Shown here in pieces: positions 18,444 to 32,577 of a DNA stretch of 64,000 nt; position 1 is the stretch's first letter; each line of letters opens with the position of its first letter. The notes beneath the pieces were generated by a model. That model did not search any database, was not told the DNA's origin, and saw only the letters and a list, made by a program, of their open reading frames with translations. The translations under genes and the position numbers were made by a program. The DNA comes from the human T2T-CHM13v2.0 reference genome, Homo sapiens: NCBI RefSeq assembly GCF_009914755.1, contig NC_060930.1. One strand, 5' to 3'.

Positions 18444-19060
18444 ACAATGAGAACACTTGGACATAGGAAGGGGAACATCACACACTGGGGCCTGTCGTGG
18501 AGTCGGGGGAGTGGGGAGGGATAGCATTAGGAGATATACCTAATGTAAATGATGAATTAATGGGTGCAGCACACCAACATGGCACATGTATACATATGTA
18601 ACAAACTTGCACATTGTGCACATGTACCCTAGAACTTAAAGTAAGTTAAAAAAAAAGGAAGAAGAAGAATAGACAACTCTATCAGTATAGTTTTTACTTT
18701 GGGAGCCATTTTATATTTTATATTTTGAAAGAAATAAAATCAGATCAATAAGAACGGAGGGAAATCCTAACATGAAATACAAACATAAGCAAATAAATGT
18801 ATTTTAAATGGATAGCATACCACACTGAACACGAAGAGTAAAAAAGTCTAACTAGCTTTTGAAGACAGTATTTCGATTATATATTTTAGAATCAAAGAAT
18901 AGTAAATATCTGTTGAACTCAATGAATAGGTTTGTCTTTGCATTGGTATGGGTTAACAATTGTACAGCTACTTTCAATGGATTCTAGGATTGAGCAATTG
19001 GATACATATAATGGTGTGCAATTAGAGGTATCAGTATGAACTCATAATTTTTCATCTCTT

Positions 19061-19078
19061 GAGAGAGAGAGAGAGAGA
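19061..19078 (+). repeat. (GA)9 microsatellite
   Basis: Direct reading. Confidence 0.9.
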
Positions 19079-19480
19079 TCTATTGGTAAATAGGCAGCAT
19101 TGTGCAAAGAACAAATCTAACAAAATCTTCACTTTGAGTTTTTTTGGGATTTGCTCTGGTGTCTCTTTAGCTTCTTAACCTGCAATGCTGTTCTTCTCTG
19201 TGTCTCTTTCTCTCAGGGATCACAGCCCTTCAAATCTTTCAAGTTTATGTGCCCCTGAACTAAATCTATCTGGGTCCGTACCCTATCTCTATCACTTACT
19301 ATGTGGCCTTGGGCAAATGTTTTCATCTTCCTAAGAATGTCTTTTTTTCTTATTCATGAAACGGGGACAGTAATAATGACTATCTCATAAGATTATTGTG
19401 AGGCATAACTGTAGTAACGCACATAACATCAAATGTAAATTATTTGTATAGCTCTTAAAGTATAATTAGTAGAATGTACC

Positions 19481-19602
19481 CGAGATTATTGTGGCTGTCA
19501 TTGCTCTGTCTTTGAGATATATCGACCTCAATCCAAATAAGGATATATATTGAGGTCAATATGTGTCAAAGACAGAGCAATGACAGCTGCAATAGGATCT
19601 TG
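19481..19602. repeat. Long inverted repeat / hairpin (46-bp arms, 16-nt spacer)
   Basis: Arms 19487-19532 and 19549-19594 are 41/46 Watson-Crick complementary, with a 22-bp perfect core. Confidence 0.95.
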
Positions 19603-19909
19603 ACAGAGATGGATCCATAAGGGCACAAAAGAGATATACATTCTTATGATGCCGACTTATGAAAAATTCATGTGGTTTTACTTTGCACTGAATGCTATTA
19701 TACTTTTGAAATCAGTCATTGAGTAACCAAGTTTCAAATTGTGTTTTTGCATAGCACTGATTTCAAGAACTAGAGAACTAGATATTTTATATCATATTAT
19801 CGTCATGGCTCTTTTAAAGGTCATTCATAAACTAAACTTAGGAAAACACTTTAGGGAAAAAGGAATTTTGAAAAATGTGTTCTAGAGAACTCTGTCCCAA
19901 GCCTGCTGT

Positions 19910-20689
19910 TGATAGGGACAGGAGGCAGAGAAATTCTAGACAGAAAACTGTGGGGTCCGTGGTGAGAGCCACACCCTCAGGTCTGCAACCAAAGCCCAAA
20001 GTGAGAATTTTACATCCCAGTTTTCCTGCTTATATGTTGTCTTTTGCAAACCCACCTGGCCTGCCTTGCCCTCAATCCTGTACCAATAAAAACCCCAGGC
20101 TCCACTGGCAGACAGCAGAAAAGGGGAGAAGAGAAGAGGCAGCTGAACATCAGACAGAAGCAGCTTTCCTTCAGAGGGACAGTTTGAAGGTGGTACTTCC
20201 AGGGAAGAATACCTTCCCATTCCATCCCTTTTCTAGCTCCCCTTCCCGCCTAATGCCACTTCCATCGGCAATAAAATCCTTCACATTTACTATCCTTAAA
20301 TTTGTTCATGTGACCTGATTTTTCCTGGACGCTGGACAAGAGCTTAGGATACAGAAAGCTGTCACACTGACCCACTGCCCTCGTGAAATGACAGAAGGTC
20401 CACTGAGCCCTTAAACACTTAATGTATCCATGGATGGCAAAGTTAAGAGTGCTGCCTGTAACCCATGCCCTCTGGGGCTTTGGGGGTTGCAGGTACACCC
20501 CCATACACACTGCCAAGGGTCCTGCACAGAGTTTTGCTTATTTCGGTGCCCAAAAGTGCTCACTCTGGCTCCCTCACCCACTCACCTGCATGCTCCCCCT
20601 CCCACGAGGGATTGAGAGCTGTGGGCTGAGTAAGTGAGGCATACCTGTCACAAGGCCCACGAAGGGGTCAAGGGTAATTTCTTGCTTCG
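19910..20689 (+). mobile_element. ERV1 solo LTR (LTR1/LTR27-group-like)
   Basis: Starts TGATAGGGACAGGAGGCAGAGAAATTCTAG. AATAAA at 20270-20275. ~780 bp, GC-richer than the flanks. No TSD resolved. Confidence 0.75.
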
Positions 20690-23548
20690 ATATTATTTTA
20701 TATTATTAGTTAACTAGAATAACAAGAAAATAAAGTTCAAAATGGCCTTAAAGAAGAAACCAAAGCTGATAAAGACACCAGTGCAGCATTTTTCTTTTCC
20801 TACATTCCTTCAGTGATGGAGTTCATAGAAAGTTGGAAGGGAATGTAAACAATTACTAAAGGGTTTGCAAAGTAACACAAAATTCAAACACAGTGCATAA
20901 AATTAATCTTTAATGAAAAGATGTTGACTATGTAAAACTAAGAATCTTATTGTAGCCAGGAAAGAAACCAGATTATTGTAAATACCTTGCCATTCTTTCC
21001 CTGAGAATTTTCTAAAAAATTAATCCCTCAGAAAGAATATGCTATTTTTACAAGATATTCACAGGTGATTATTGAAATATTGGAAACAGTAAATTGGAAA
21101 TAAACTCAATGTTAAATCATAGAAAAGTAAGCAAATAGCATATCTGTATTAGAATATTAAATAAAACCTAAAACATTAATAAAAAGTCTGTGTAACCACT
21201 GTGGAATGTTTATTTATATTATGTGAACAGAAGCAGAATATAATATTGTATCTCTTCCATAAACAAAATATATAAAATTGTGTATTCAATTTGTCATGGA
21301 GTTGCAGAAGTTTGGTTTCTTTAAGCATAAAAATAAAAATAACTTAGTTTGCAATCTGGGTATTTTTTATTTTGTTTTGATTCTGTTTTTGTGATGCTAT
21401 TATTATAGTTTAACAGCTTGAAGTATTAAAATCCTAAGACTATATAATGATTATGGAGAGATGATGGGATAAAAGCTAACTGTAGTAAACACGTCCTCAG
21501 ATTACAGCCAATTACTTTCTGATATCAGCATGTCAGTGAGTACCAAGGCCTAAGTAATCTATAAAGGTAATTTTAATACTTAAAGTTTTCATCTCTTAAT
21601 TTAAATATTAAATCTAATCAATGATATAAGTTGAAAGCTTGTTTAAGTGATGTTAAGCAACTTATGTTATTAAATTAAAATACTCTTGAAGAATTGACTC
21701 TCAGCCACTATAATTAGGTGTAAGTCTTTTGCATTTTCTATTAAATTCCTTTATCATCATACCTGAAGATTTTACCTCTCACAGAATTGGAAAAATGTAC
21801 ACTGAATTTAAATTCTACTACAAAAAAATTATCATTTTAAGCCCCTTATTCAATTAGAAATTTGGTTATTATGAGTTTCACACCAAGTTCCCATGAATGT
21901 AGTGAGGCACTGTTCATCTTTCCCAGTGGTATGTAAAGCCTAAGTAGTCTCATTATTCTCATCTTCAGAAACCAAGGTTCAAGTAGGATTCTTCAGCATT
22001 AACCATCTGAAAAGAGGCCTCCATACAAAACACACAGTCATGCTCTCACTTTAGAGAAAATCCAGTTCATTAATCTGCGTAGAATAGCCTAGCAGAATTG
22101 AGGCAAAATAATCCAAAAAGCTAAGATCATTATGCCTGCTTCGGGTCTTTAACATAATTTGCTTAATAAAAACTTGTTTTACATTGTTTACTGAAAATAA
22201 ATTAAGGTAATTTAAGTGCCAAACTCAGTACCTGATAAATGACTTGAATCCTAGCTCTAAATAAATAAAACAAGTGTTCAGAATCTTAGAAAATGAAAGG
22301 TTCCATAAGGACTGACAAATGTTTTAATAACACATGAATTTTTATGTCATTGGTGATATAACTGGAAACCCAATAGTGTATTAAATATGAACAACATATA
22401 GAAATATCATAGTTTATCATTTCAATTTTTTTATTTCTGCATACCCAAACAAACATAGGAAATTTTAGATTGAAAAGATCTCATTCATTATTCAAACCTT
22501 ATTTAAAGTAACTGCTCAAACCAAGAAAAGGAATTTTCATGTCTTTCCCACACAGTGGTAGAGAAATGATAACTTGGAATCATTTATCATTTAGGTTGCT
22601 TTTCAGGAACAATGGAACTCAAAGGCAGGAGCTGAGGTAGCCAAGCATCTCAAATGTTAAGAGACTCACAACACACTGAGCCATTTGATATTTTGCTGTT
22701 CCCCCTCATAAAGCATTCTTTTTCTGGAAACCTGCATTCTAGAATTTCTCAAATTTCAGGTTATTTTCAAGCTAGAATTGGAAAAAAACAAAAAACAAAA
22801 CAAAACAAAAAAACATCGAGAAGCCTCATAGGTTTAGAAAATCATCAAGAATCACAAAAACACTAATGTCACAGTTGGGATTAGTTGATTCTATAACTAG
22901 CTGAAAAAGAGGTTCAAGGTACCATCCATAAAGCAACAGTTAAAGTGAAAAATGTTTAAAGATGAGAAAAAAGCAACACAAAGTGAAATAGACAGGAAAG
23001 AAGAACATGAAAAGAATGATAGCAAAACAGCTCCACAATGTGTATTTTAGAAGGGAGGAGACAATCATTTAGAGTACATGACAATAACCATCACGAGTTC
23101 AGACCTCTGCCTCCAAAGAAATCATCACATCATGTTAAAGAGATACTCAGAGTATGATTGGGTAGTCTAAGTGGGTGGGGAGCAAGAGGAACCCAAAGAC
23201 TTCAACTCTAGGACCACACCATCTACCCCAGGCAGTCACTGCCCTATCCAGACAACACCGTAATGGTTGACATTTAGGATAGTCTTGAATCAAAAGCAAT
23301 TTAAATTGTGATTGTTTCCTTTTGACAAGGAAAAATGAATAATTAGATAGCTTACAAATGTTTCCACCAAAAGAAGTTAAATGATGGCTTTCCATGAAAA
23401 GAAATCAAATCCTAAATAATCCAGGAAAATCTCTGTTCTAATGTGCTCTCTGTCCTTAGATTGAGACCCCCCGCAAATCAGAATCTGTATTTCTTCAGTC
23501 CTTGGTACACCTGCTTTTAACATGGGGAATGCAGGGGGAGAGGGAACA

Positions 23549-23551
<3 letters not shown>

Positions 23552-23592
<41 letters not shown>
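23552..23592 (+). repeat. (CA)~20 microsatellite
   Basis: Direct reading. Confidence 0.97.
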
Positions 23593-23593
<1 letters not shown>

Positions 23594-24960
23594 CTCCCTG
23601 AATCGATGAATTGTTCAATTAATAACAAAAGCTCTATTATTTCATTTGTTTAATTGGTAATTTTTTTCATACCTTATTTAACATTTGCCTGAATTGTTAG
23701 AACATTAGGAACTTTTTCTCAATGTGGAATTTTGCTCTTATCATTTGGGGTAAATGTCTTTCTACCCCCATAATTTTATGATTAGGAGAAAAAGCACGGT
23801 AGAAGATGAATAATTATATTTTAAAATTAAGATCAGTATACATAAGGTTCTATATATCTATTTAAAAAATACTGCAAAGAGTTCTTCAAATTATTAGTGT
23901 GTCTTATATTACTCTGAAAAGGAGCTTGGAAACCAGTTTTTTGGTTTTTATGTCAGATGGACTTACATCTTACGTAGGTGTTATAAACTTTTTAGAGAGG
24001 GGTCAACAGCAGTAAACAAATTTGGGGAAAATACTAATTATTTTATATTTTCAATAATAAGGCAACTCTGAGGCAGACAAAAATTATATAAAAACAGAAA
24101 TTAATGGTTACCTCTCACAATGCTATGTTTAAAATGTTTTGCCCATGGATTTATGCTTATCAGAGGTATAATACCTAGCCTTTCTACTTATTTAAAATAT
24201 GGCTTAATTTGAAATGTCTAAAGATAGCCAAAATAAATTCTTAAATTTTTATTCATTTGTACTTTAATTTACCAAACCATTCTGTTTCTCAGCCACTATG
24301 TCTATGTGGTTTGTTTGGACATTGAAGTTTTTTTTCCCCACTAACAGAAATCCAGGCTTTTATTTGTCATTAAGTAAGCACTAGTCTTCAGACAGATATC
24401 ACTTTAAATATGAGTCACAAAAAAATTTCACTTTAATATTATGTCAAGAAACGAAAATATATTTCACAAGGCATCTTACACATCAGCTATTTGTATATCA
24501 GGTTAGAATTCAGATAATGTTTATTTCTCTCATTGGTACCAGCAGAAGTGGTTCCCATTTCCTTGCATTTTCTTAAGGCTCAAGCTGCTATGAGAATTGT
24601 AACTTTGGTGCAATTTCCATAAACCAATTAACCACGGTCGTTTATCTGTTCACAAGAACGAGCAGGAGTGCAGAAGTGGAGGGAAGAGGCACCCACATGT
24701 AGAGAGGGATGGAAGAGGGTTAACAGGCAGGCAGATTTGTAGGCACAGAATGATCCGCTCTCACCCCTAATGAGCAGAATCAGGCAGCTTTAATTCACGT
24801 TTTGTGGGGGTTTTTGTCCCTGAACCACAAAAGGGAATACAGGCTCCTGTTTAGGGGAGGGTTAGATTAGTCCTATCTGGTCAAAGGGAACAATACTGAC
24901 ATGTTAGTTGATCAGAAAGATGTTTTCACACTGTTTCTCATAGATAGTCCCTGGAGACAA

Positions 24961-25002
24961 CTTTCTTTCTCTCTCTCTCTCTCTCTGTCTGTCTCTCTCT
25001 CT
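24961..25002 (+). repeat. (CT)n/(CTGT) polypyrimidine microsatellite
   Basis: Direct reading. Confidence 0.9.
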
Positions 25003-28000
25003 TTTTTTAATTACCAAGCATGACATTCATGGTTATTTCTTCTTTCCACCCAGTTGACTACAAAGGGGCCAGCTCTTCAGCCCCTTGTTGGCCAGGCCTG
25101 GGGGAGGAAGTGACAGAAGGCTGGCTTTATTTACCTTAGCAGCTTCCCGTGTAATCTGGTTAATCTTGTGGCTAATGGGAGGACACCATGGGTCCCCACA
25201 CACTGTGCTCCACAATGAGGGCTCATTCATATTTAATACAATAGAGTGTTTAAGTCATTCCACGCTTTGTGGAGAAGATTGGCTTTCTTTGTGTGCCTTC
25301 TCCTGAGAAGCCTTCCCAGCTCGTCCTCTTTCAGACAGGCATATGTTCCAGCTCCTGCCTGCCGCAGCTGCACAAGGACAGAGCAGGCTTCTTTTTTTCT
25401 CCCTCTCTTTTTTAAGCCAATGAATTGATGACTGCAGTGTGAAATGTGGGTTGAAATGGTCCCCTCCTCCCCCGCCCCACCCCAAGGATGCATAGATGAG
25501 CCCTTTGCTATTCTAATATCTCACAACAAGACATCTCAAGAGGAAGCAGGGCTCATGTTCCTCCAGTGTGCCATTGTGAGGACAACAATCTGTTGAGCAC
25601 AAAAGAAAAATAAATAAATAAAAGCAGGTGACACGTTGACCTTGTTCCTTTAATATTATCTGTGTATGGTGCGCCCCAAGCAGGGCTCTGGAGAAAAGAA
25701 TAAACGGGGGTGCTTGGGTGGTGGGAAACGTTCTTACCCCATACAGAATGTTTAAACAATCCCATTGGAAAGAGAATCTCATGAAAACACAGCCACTTGG
25801 TCCTTGGATTTGATTTTAGGGAGAGGAAAAAAAATGAGGTCTCATTAGTCCTAATGGGATAGATAATGGATACACAGATTCTGTCACAGCACACTGGATA
25901 AACTGACATTTTGGAGAATAATAGAAATTAATGACTTTTGATTTCTAAAGTACAGATGGTAATGTTCTTAATTCTTATTTTCTTTTTCAAATTTGGTTCA
26001 AATTTTAAAGTAACTGAAATACTATCAGACTCTGCTTTCAATCTTTCAGTCACTTCAATGACACTGATTAAGAAAAATAAGGCATCACTCATATTTCTAT
26101 CACAGACTAGTTTAGTCCCTAGTTTGATAATAAAGATGGACTTTCAAAGGCAAAAGATGAATGTTAACATGTTTTCTCCTAAATCTTTGGAAGTTCCCAA
26201 AGACTTAAAGTTCTGAAATCTTTCATAAGCTGATATGTATCTGAAGTCCTTTAGCTATAAGTGTTTGATATAGCAAAGTTTTTAAAAGTAGGGCCATGTT
26301 GAAGGGTGTTTCTGTTTAGAATAGCAATAAGAATCCTGAGTAAATGAGCTTACATTTGCAGCTGCAGTGGTTTAGATCCAACCAAATAATGTAATCTGCT
26401 GAAGTGATGACATATAAAGTAATAGGAACAACTATATACATATGGATAAGCCTCACTCTCAGATTAATGAAAGGTGAAAAATTATTGACTACTGGACTAT
26501 GTAACCAAAGAAGATAATGACATTAATTTTTAACATGATGAAGAGTTTCTCTGGTCTACAAGCAGATTGATGTGTTGCAGCCCAAAGCAAAGGATTTAGA
26601 CCGCCTGATCGCTCCCATTTCTTGTAGCCTGATTTAATAATAATACATACTGCCACTCTGGCAAGGAAAAACGGTACAAGCGATCCACATAGCTTCATGT
26701 GTACCTGGGCTCTTGTCATATGAATTCATTTTTTAACTTGCCGGTGTTGGAAAACAAATTGCTTAAAACATTAAGGAGTGCATTTATATTGGTCATTAAA
26801 AGGATAACCTTTACAAACTAGCAAATGCTGCAAAAGGGTTTTACAGTTGCTTTGGCTGAGCCAATAAACCACATGTGAAACCTGCTTGTATTTTCTACTT
26901 ATGTAAGGCCCTGTTGCCTCTTAGAGTCAGCATACGATGTAATGTACAAAACACAGCCACTTTTATTATTGTTTAATGTTCATACACAAAACTAGGCTAA
27001 GTGGCAAAAAACAAAGCTTGATGCTTACTCTGTATTTCCTTACAATATGATTTTTATTTAAGTGGTTAGGGAAAAAAACAAATATTTAAAAATCAAATGA
27101 GAGAAGTTAAAATGAAGAAAGTATGCTTCCAAATGTAATGTATCAAAAAGAAAAAAAGCTTGGAGTAGGTACTGACTGAAAAAAATTATCTACAAATATC
27201 AGAAAAGGAAAAATGGAGAAAAGAAGAAAACTCAATCAGAAGAGTAGTCTTCAATCTCTTCAATTAACTTTATTTACTCAAATATAAGAAACCAAAGTGA
27301 ACCAAAACCTTAATTAAAATTTATTCTTGCAAGCCTCTGCTCAGCCCCCGCATTACCCCCACCTCCCCAGCTGAGAGGTTTCATCTCCTTACCCTCTACT
27401 TCATTAGAGCCTAACAATCCATTATCCACTTCCTAATCCTCCACTTCTCCAAGGAGTCAGGTTATTAGAGGACTTGAAGGGTCCTCTCATTGTGATGGAG
27501 CTATGAATTGATCACTAAGATGACAACTGGTGACAAGTGCTGTTTATTAGACTGGTACTTTGCCTCTTAATTACAACTGATTAGCCTGCCTGTTGGAGGT
27601 GGAAACAGAAGAATTAACTGCTTTTGTTCTTGTCATCTACTACATTACACTATAGCTTTGATTTCCCTTTCAATATGACAGTATTTTTCTTTATCAAGAT
27701 CACAATAAGAATCCTTATATTCCAAAACGAAAACTTTTATTAACATTTGTTTCCAAAACATTTAATGTTAACTGTGAATTTGTTCACATGCCCTCAGTTT
27801 AGTTATTAACTGGGAATTATTTACATATTTATTTTTCTCAATCTTAGTTCCAAGGAGGTGAGTAAAGTTTTGGGGTGGGGAATTTTATTATCTGTACTTT
27901 GGTTGTTTTCTACTAAAAGAGGGGGAAATTGTAACTTCTATGTTCTTTCATTCTCTCATAAATATTTTAAGACCTAATAGTATGCCTATGAAATAATTAC

Positions 28001-29429
28001 AATTTTTATTCATTCAATTATACCTGAGGTTACCATGGGACACATGAGTTTCTTAATCTATCCCCTAAATCTTTAATTTGCACAAGGAGGAGTTTTAAAT
28101 ATGGAAAGGTTTTGTTTACAAAACAGAATCCACCCTAATTAAACGATTTTTGTTTGTCTTTTTTTCTCAATGAACTTCTTGATTTTCAAAGTTTTCTTTG
28201 AGCTGTAGTTTTAGCCCTTCTCATATTGATCAAGTCCTGAAATAAACTATTTTTCTAGCACTCAACAGTCTCAGAGTTTGCCATAGCCAATTGAAATAGT
28301 TACTTGGGTTTAAAACAGAGCACTACTCTAGCCAGGTTCTGGTTTAGTAGTTAAAAAATTACTTCTTTTGTTGAGAACTAAATGTCTTGATTTTTCACTT
28401 AAAGTGAATGTTAACAATCCTAATTTTTAAAGTTCGTATATTTCAAATATACATGTAAGTATAGCAGGCATATCAGTGGGAACTCAAATACTCTAGATTT
28501 TTTTCTTTATTTTAGAATCAAACCACAACGGGTATAAAAAAATTCTATATTCCCCCTCCCTTTGTATCCACTTACTCTTGTTTCAGCTCAAATCAAAAAA
28601 ATAAAAAAAGAAGAATTATGGCCTGAAGGAGAATGGAGAGAGTTGGTTTCATGACCAGAATCAAGGAGGAAAGCTTGCCTGATCATCCTCAGAACACCAT
28701 GAGATCCTTGAAACAGTAGAGTCTCTTTTGATTATAAAATATTTATTCTGCACAGATCAAAATGGTGAAGGGAGCTGATATATCTCAATAAGCAACATTT
28801 TTAAAAATTATGATAATTTTTGTATTAACTAATTTTTTATGACAAACGTTATGAATTCATCAGATGTTAAAGCTGAAAGAGGCATTGAAATCAGATGAAT
28901 CCTTCAGAGAGAAAAGAGCCTTAAAAATTAATAAACATATATAAAGTCACACAGAGATCCAGTATTAGTCTCAGACAAGTGATTTTAATCTTTATGTTTT
29001 CCTTACCATTATTACTATTTCATTCATTATCATGACACTTTAAAGTTTTTGAAACACAGAAAAACCAATCCACTGCTTACAGTTTCCCATCAATAAATCA
29101 TTAAATTATAAAGTTCATATACAATATAGTAGAATTTATGTCAGTTTTTAAAATATTAAACCAACCATAGTTCCAATCAATGTAATTAAACTAATAATTA
29201 TTGAGACAGTACAGAAGTACAATTAAAGTGAATTCTCATGTCTGGTTGTCTCACTTATATTCTGGCTTGACCACTTACTAACTTATGTGACAGTTTTTGA
29301 CCTGTAAAATAGAAATACTAGTAGCTATTTCCTCATATTGCTGATGTAAAGGTTAAAAGAAATAATATGTTTCAGGCAGTTAGATGAGTGCCTAATACAA
29401 CTCTACCTAATATTATACTTAATAATAAA

Positions 29430-31740
29430 GAAATAAAAGCTTTCCTCCTGAGGTCAGGACAAGGACAGAGATGTCCTCTCTCACCACTTCTATTCAATGG
29501 TGTACCATTACCAGCAGGGAATCCAGAGGGGTCTGCAGCAACTTGATTCTTGCCTCCTCAGATGAAAGAATTCAGGCAAGGGGCAGAAGTAGTTTTAAGA
29601 CAGAGGGAGAAACTAAGGCAAGTTTTAGAACAGGAGTGAAAGTTTATGAAAGAGCTTCAGGTAGGAACAAAAGGAAACAAAGTAGACTTGGAAGAGAGCC
29701 AAGCGCATGACTTGAGAGATCCAACTGCCCCGTCTGACCCTTGACTTGGGGTTTTATATATTGGCATGGTTCCAGGGTTTGTATTTCTTTTCTTCTGATT
29801 CTGTTCTTGGAGCAAGCTCTCCATATGCACAGTGGCCTGTCAGCACTTGGGAGGGGCCACATGCACAGTGTGTTTACTGAAGCTGTGCACATGCTCAACT
29901 TATCAGTGTTCTTAGAGGAAGGTCATATACTGGTTAAACTCCACCATTTTGCCTCTTAGTGAACATGCTTGAGCCTGCTCGCCCAACTCCTGAAACCTTA
30001 TGGGGAAGCTGTTGATCAGCAGCTTGAGGTGTTTTCTATCTATCTATTGGGAGATTGCCCTTCCCTGGTCTGGCTGCCACGGATTATTATTTTAGAGAGA
30101 CCGTTAACAACTGCCTGACCATCACCTGATGGTCACCTGACATTCCTGGGAGGGGCTCTCCTTTTTTCTGCTCATGTCTGCCTAACTACTTACTTTAAAA
30201 GTATGGGAAGTTCTAGTCAAGGTAATTATTAAACAAAAAGAAATAAAAGGCATTTATATTAGAAAGAAAGAAAACAATTCCATTTACAATAGCAATCAAA
30301 AGAATAACATATTAAAAATTCAGTTTAATTAAAGAAGCACAATACATGTATGCTAAAGACTACAAAACGTTGTTAAGAGAAATTACAGAAAATCTAAATA
30401 AAGATGCAATGAAATCCTGTGTTCATGCATTGGAAAACTTAACATTGTTAACATGGCAATACTCCCAAAATTACTCTACAGGTTCAACACCATCCCATCA
30501 ATATTTGCCTCCTTTGCATTAATTGAAAAGTTGATTCTAAAATTCATATAGAAATTCAAAAGACTCAAAGTAGCCAAAACCATCTTTAAAAAGAATAACA
30601 CAGTTAAAGAAGTTACATTTCCCAAATTCAAAATTTATCATAAAACTATAGGAATCAAGACAATGTGGTATTAGAAAAAAATAGAAATATCTATCAATGA
30701 AATATAATTGAGATTCCAGAAATAAACCCTTACATTTATTGTCAATTGATTTTCAACAGATGCTAAGACCATTCGATGAAGAAATAATTACAGTTTTCAA
30801 CAAGTACTACTGGGACAACTCTTTGTTCATATGCAAATAAATAAACGTTGACCCTTAATTCAACCATGCAAATAGTTAAGTCACAATGAATTATATCAGA
30901 TCTTAATGATAAAACTTCTAGAAGAAAACACAAAAATGTTCATGTTCTTGGGTTAGGCAAAATGTTATTAGCTATGACACCAAAACATGAGAAACTTTTT
31001 AAAGACTACTTGGACTTTATTAAAATTCAAACCTTTTGTGCTACAAAGGTCAAAATTATGAAAATTAAAACACAAGCTACAGATCAAGTTAAAACATTTG
31101 CAAAACATTTGTACAATAAGGAACCTATATCAAGAATATAGAAATAATTATTTCAACTAATAAGACAGATGATTTCATTTTTAAAATGGAGAAATGATTA
31201 GGAAAGACATTTATCCAAAAAATATGCAAATGGTCAATAAGCACATGAAAAGATGCTAAACATCATTAGTCACGGGGAAATGCGAACCAAAGCTATGATG
31301 AGATACCACTTCAAACGCACCAGGATAGCGATAATCAAAAAACCATTAACGAGTGTTGGCAAGGATATAGAGAAATCAGAACTCTCAAACATTGGTAGTG
31401 AGAATCGAAAATGGTGCAGCCACTTTAGAAAATAGCTTGGCAGTTTCTAAAAATGTTAAAATGAGTTACCACATGATCCAGCAATTCTTCTCTTAGCTAT
31501 CTATTCAAGAATGATGAAAAAGTACGTCTGCACCAAGACATGACTGTTCATGGTAGCACTGTTTATAATGTCTAATGAGTAAAAGCAATCCAGATATCCA
31601 TCAACTGATGGGTGGATAAATGAACATAGTACATCCACCCAAAGGAGTACTACTTGTCAATACAAAGAATGGAGTACTAAAACATGCCACAACATTAGAT
31701 GATCCTTAAAAGCATTTTGCTGAGTAAAAGAAGCCAACAT
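29430..31740 (+). mobile_element. Old L1M (L1MB-like) ORF2 3' half and 3'UTR, interrupted by an LTR
   Basis: Degenerate homology to ORF2 of the full-length L1 (gatgtcctctctcaccacttctattcaa...; cacatgaaaagatgctaaacatcattagtc...). Confidence 0.8.
29506..30200 (-). mobile_element. ERV1 solo LTR (MER50-like) nested in L1M
   Basis: Matches the recalled MER50-type consensus on the minus strand. 4-bp TSD GTAC/GTAT at 29502-29505 and 30201-30204. The L1 host resumes in register. Confidence 0.75.
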
Positions 31741-32577
31741 TTAAAAGAGGAGGAAACTAATAGTGAACCTTAGTGATTCTTTTCATAATTCCTGCCCAGG
31801 AGTGTCCTGAGAAACCTACAGAAATTGTCCCATCCACTGTCCCATCTGCAGTCAACAACAGTGCAACGAGGTGAAGAAGACTTCTGGGAACTCAGCCAGG
31901 TAACATTTTAATAGAGTTACATAATTTTCTCTTTGCATTTCACAGCATCCTAGCAACCTGCTGCTTGTGACAACCAAATATGATTACAAGAAGAGACTGT
32001 ACTGCGTATGCAAACATCATCTACTAGTCCTTTAGTCTGATCTCCTTTTCATTTTAAACTAATACATTGCGATCTTAGATTATACTTGTGGATTTTATGA
32101 ATTTCAGTTAGCGTAAATCTAGTCACTTGCTCCTGAGGTTTTGAAAAGAACATATCTCTGGTTCAGCAAAGCTGAGGTTTAGGTCCTGGATTGTGATGAA
32201 TTCACGAAAGTACATGCCACTTTGTGAGCTCTGAGTGAAAATTCAGTTTCCCTCATATGTGACTTCGCATTCTTTATGCTAGATGTCTTTAAATCAAAAC
32301 ATTTCTAAAAGTTTGTCTGTCAGATGATTCTCTTGCCAAAAAAGACTTTTAGACTGTCGTTTCCCAAATTCCACTTTGTTCATATTTGCATACCTTCTTC
32401 ATTCCTCCCTCCCCATTTATCTCCTTTTAATACACGGAATAGGAAAAAGGATGCTAAACGGAGAATCATGAGACTTAGATCTCCTTCTGATCTCATAGCT
32501 CAGAAAATAACTTGACTGTAGCACAGTCTTTATGAATCTTAGTTATTTCATAATTAATACGAGAAATAAGATTAATG

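Noticed and set aside
19875-20637. Cluster of overlapping ORFs up to 147 aa
   Set aside because: They lie in a GC-richer solo LTR and have no gag/pol/env motifs.
25033-25909. Overlapping 60-118 aa ORFs on both strands
   Set aside because: Expected from the locally higher GC. No recognisable domain or supported exon structure.
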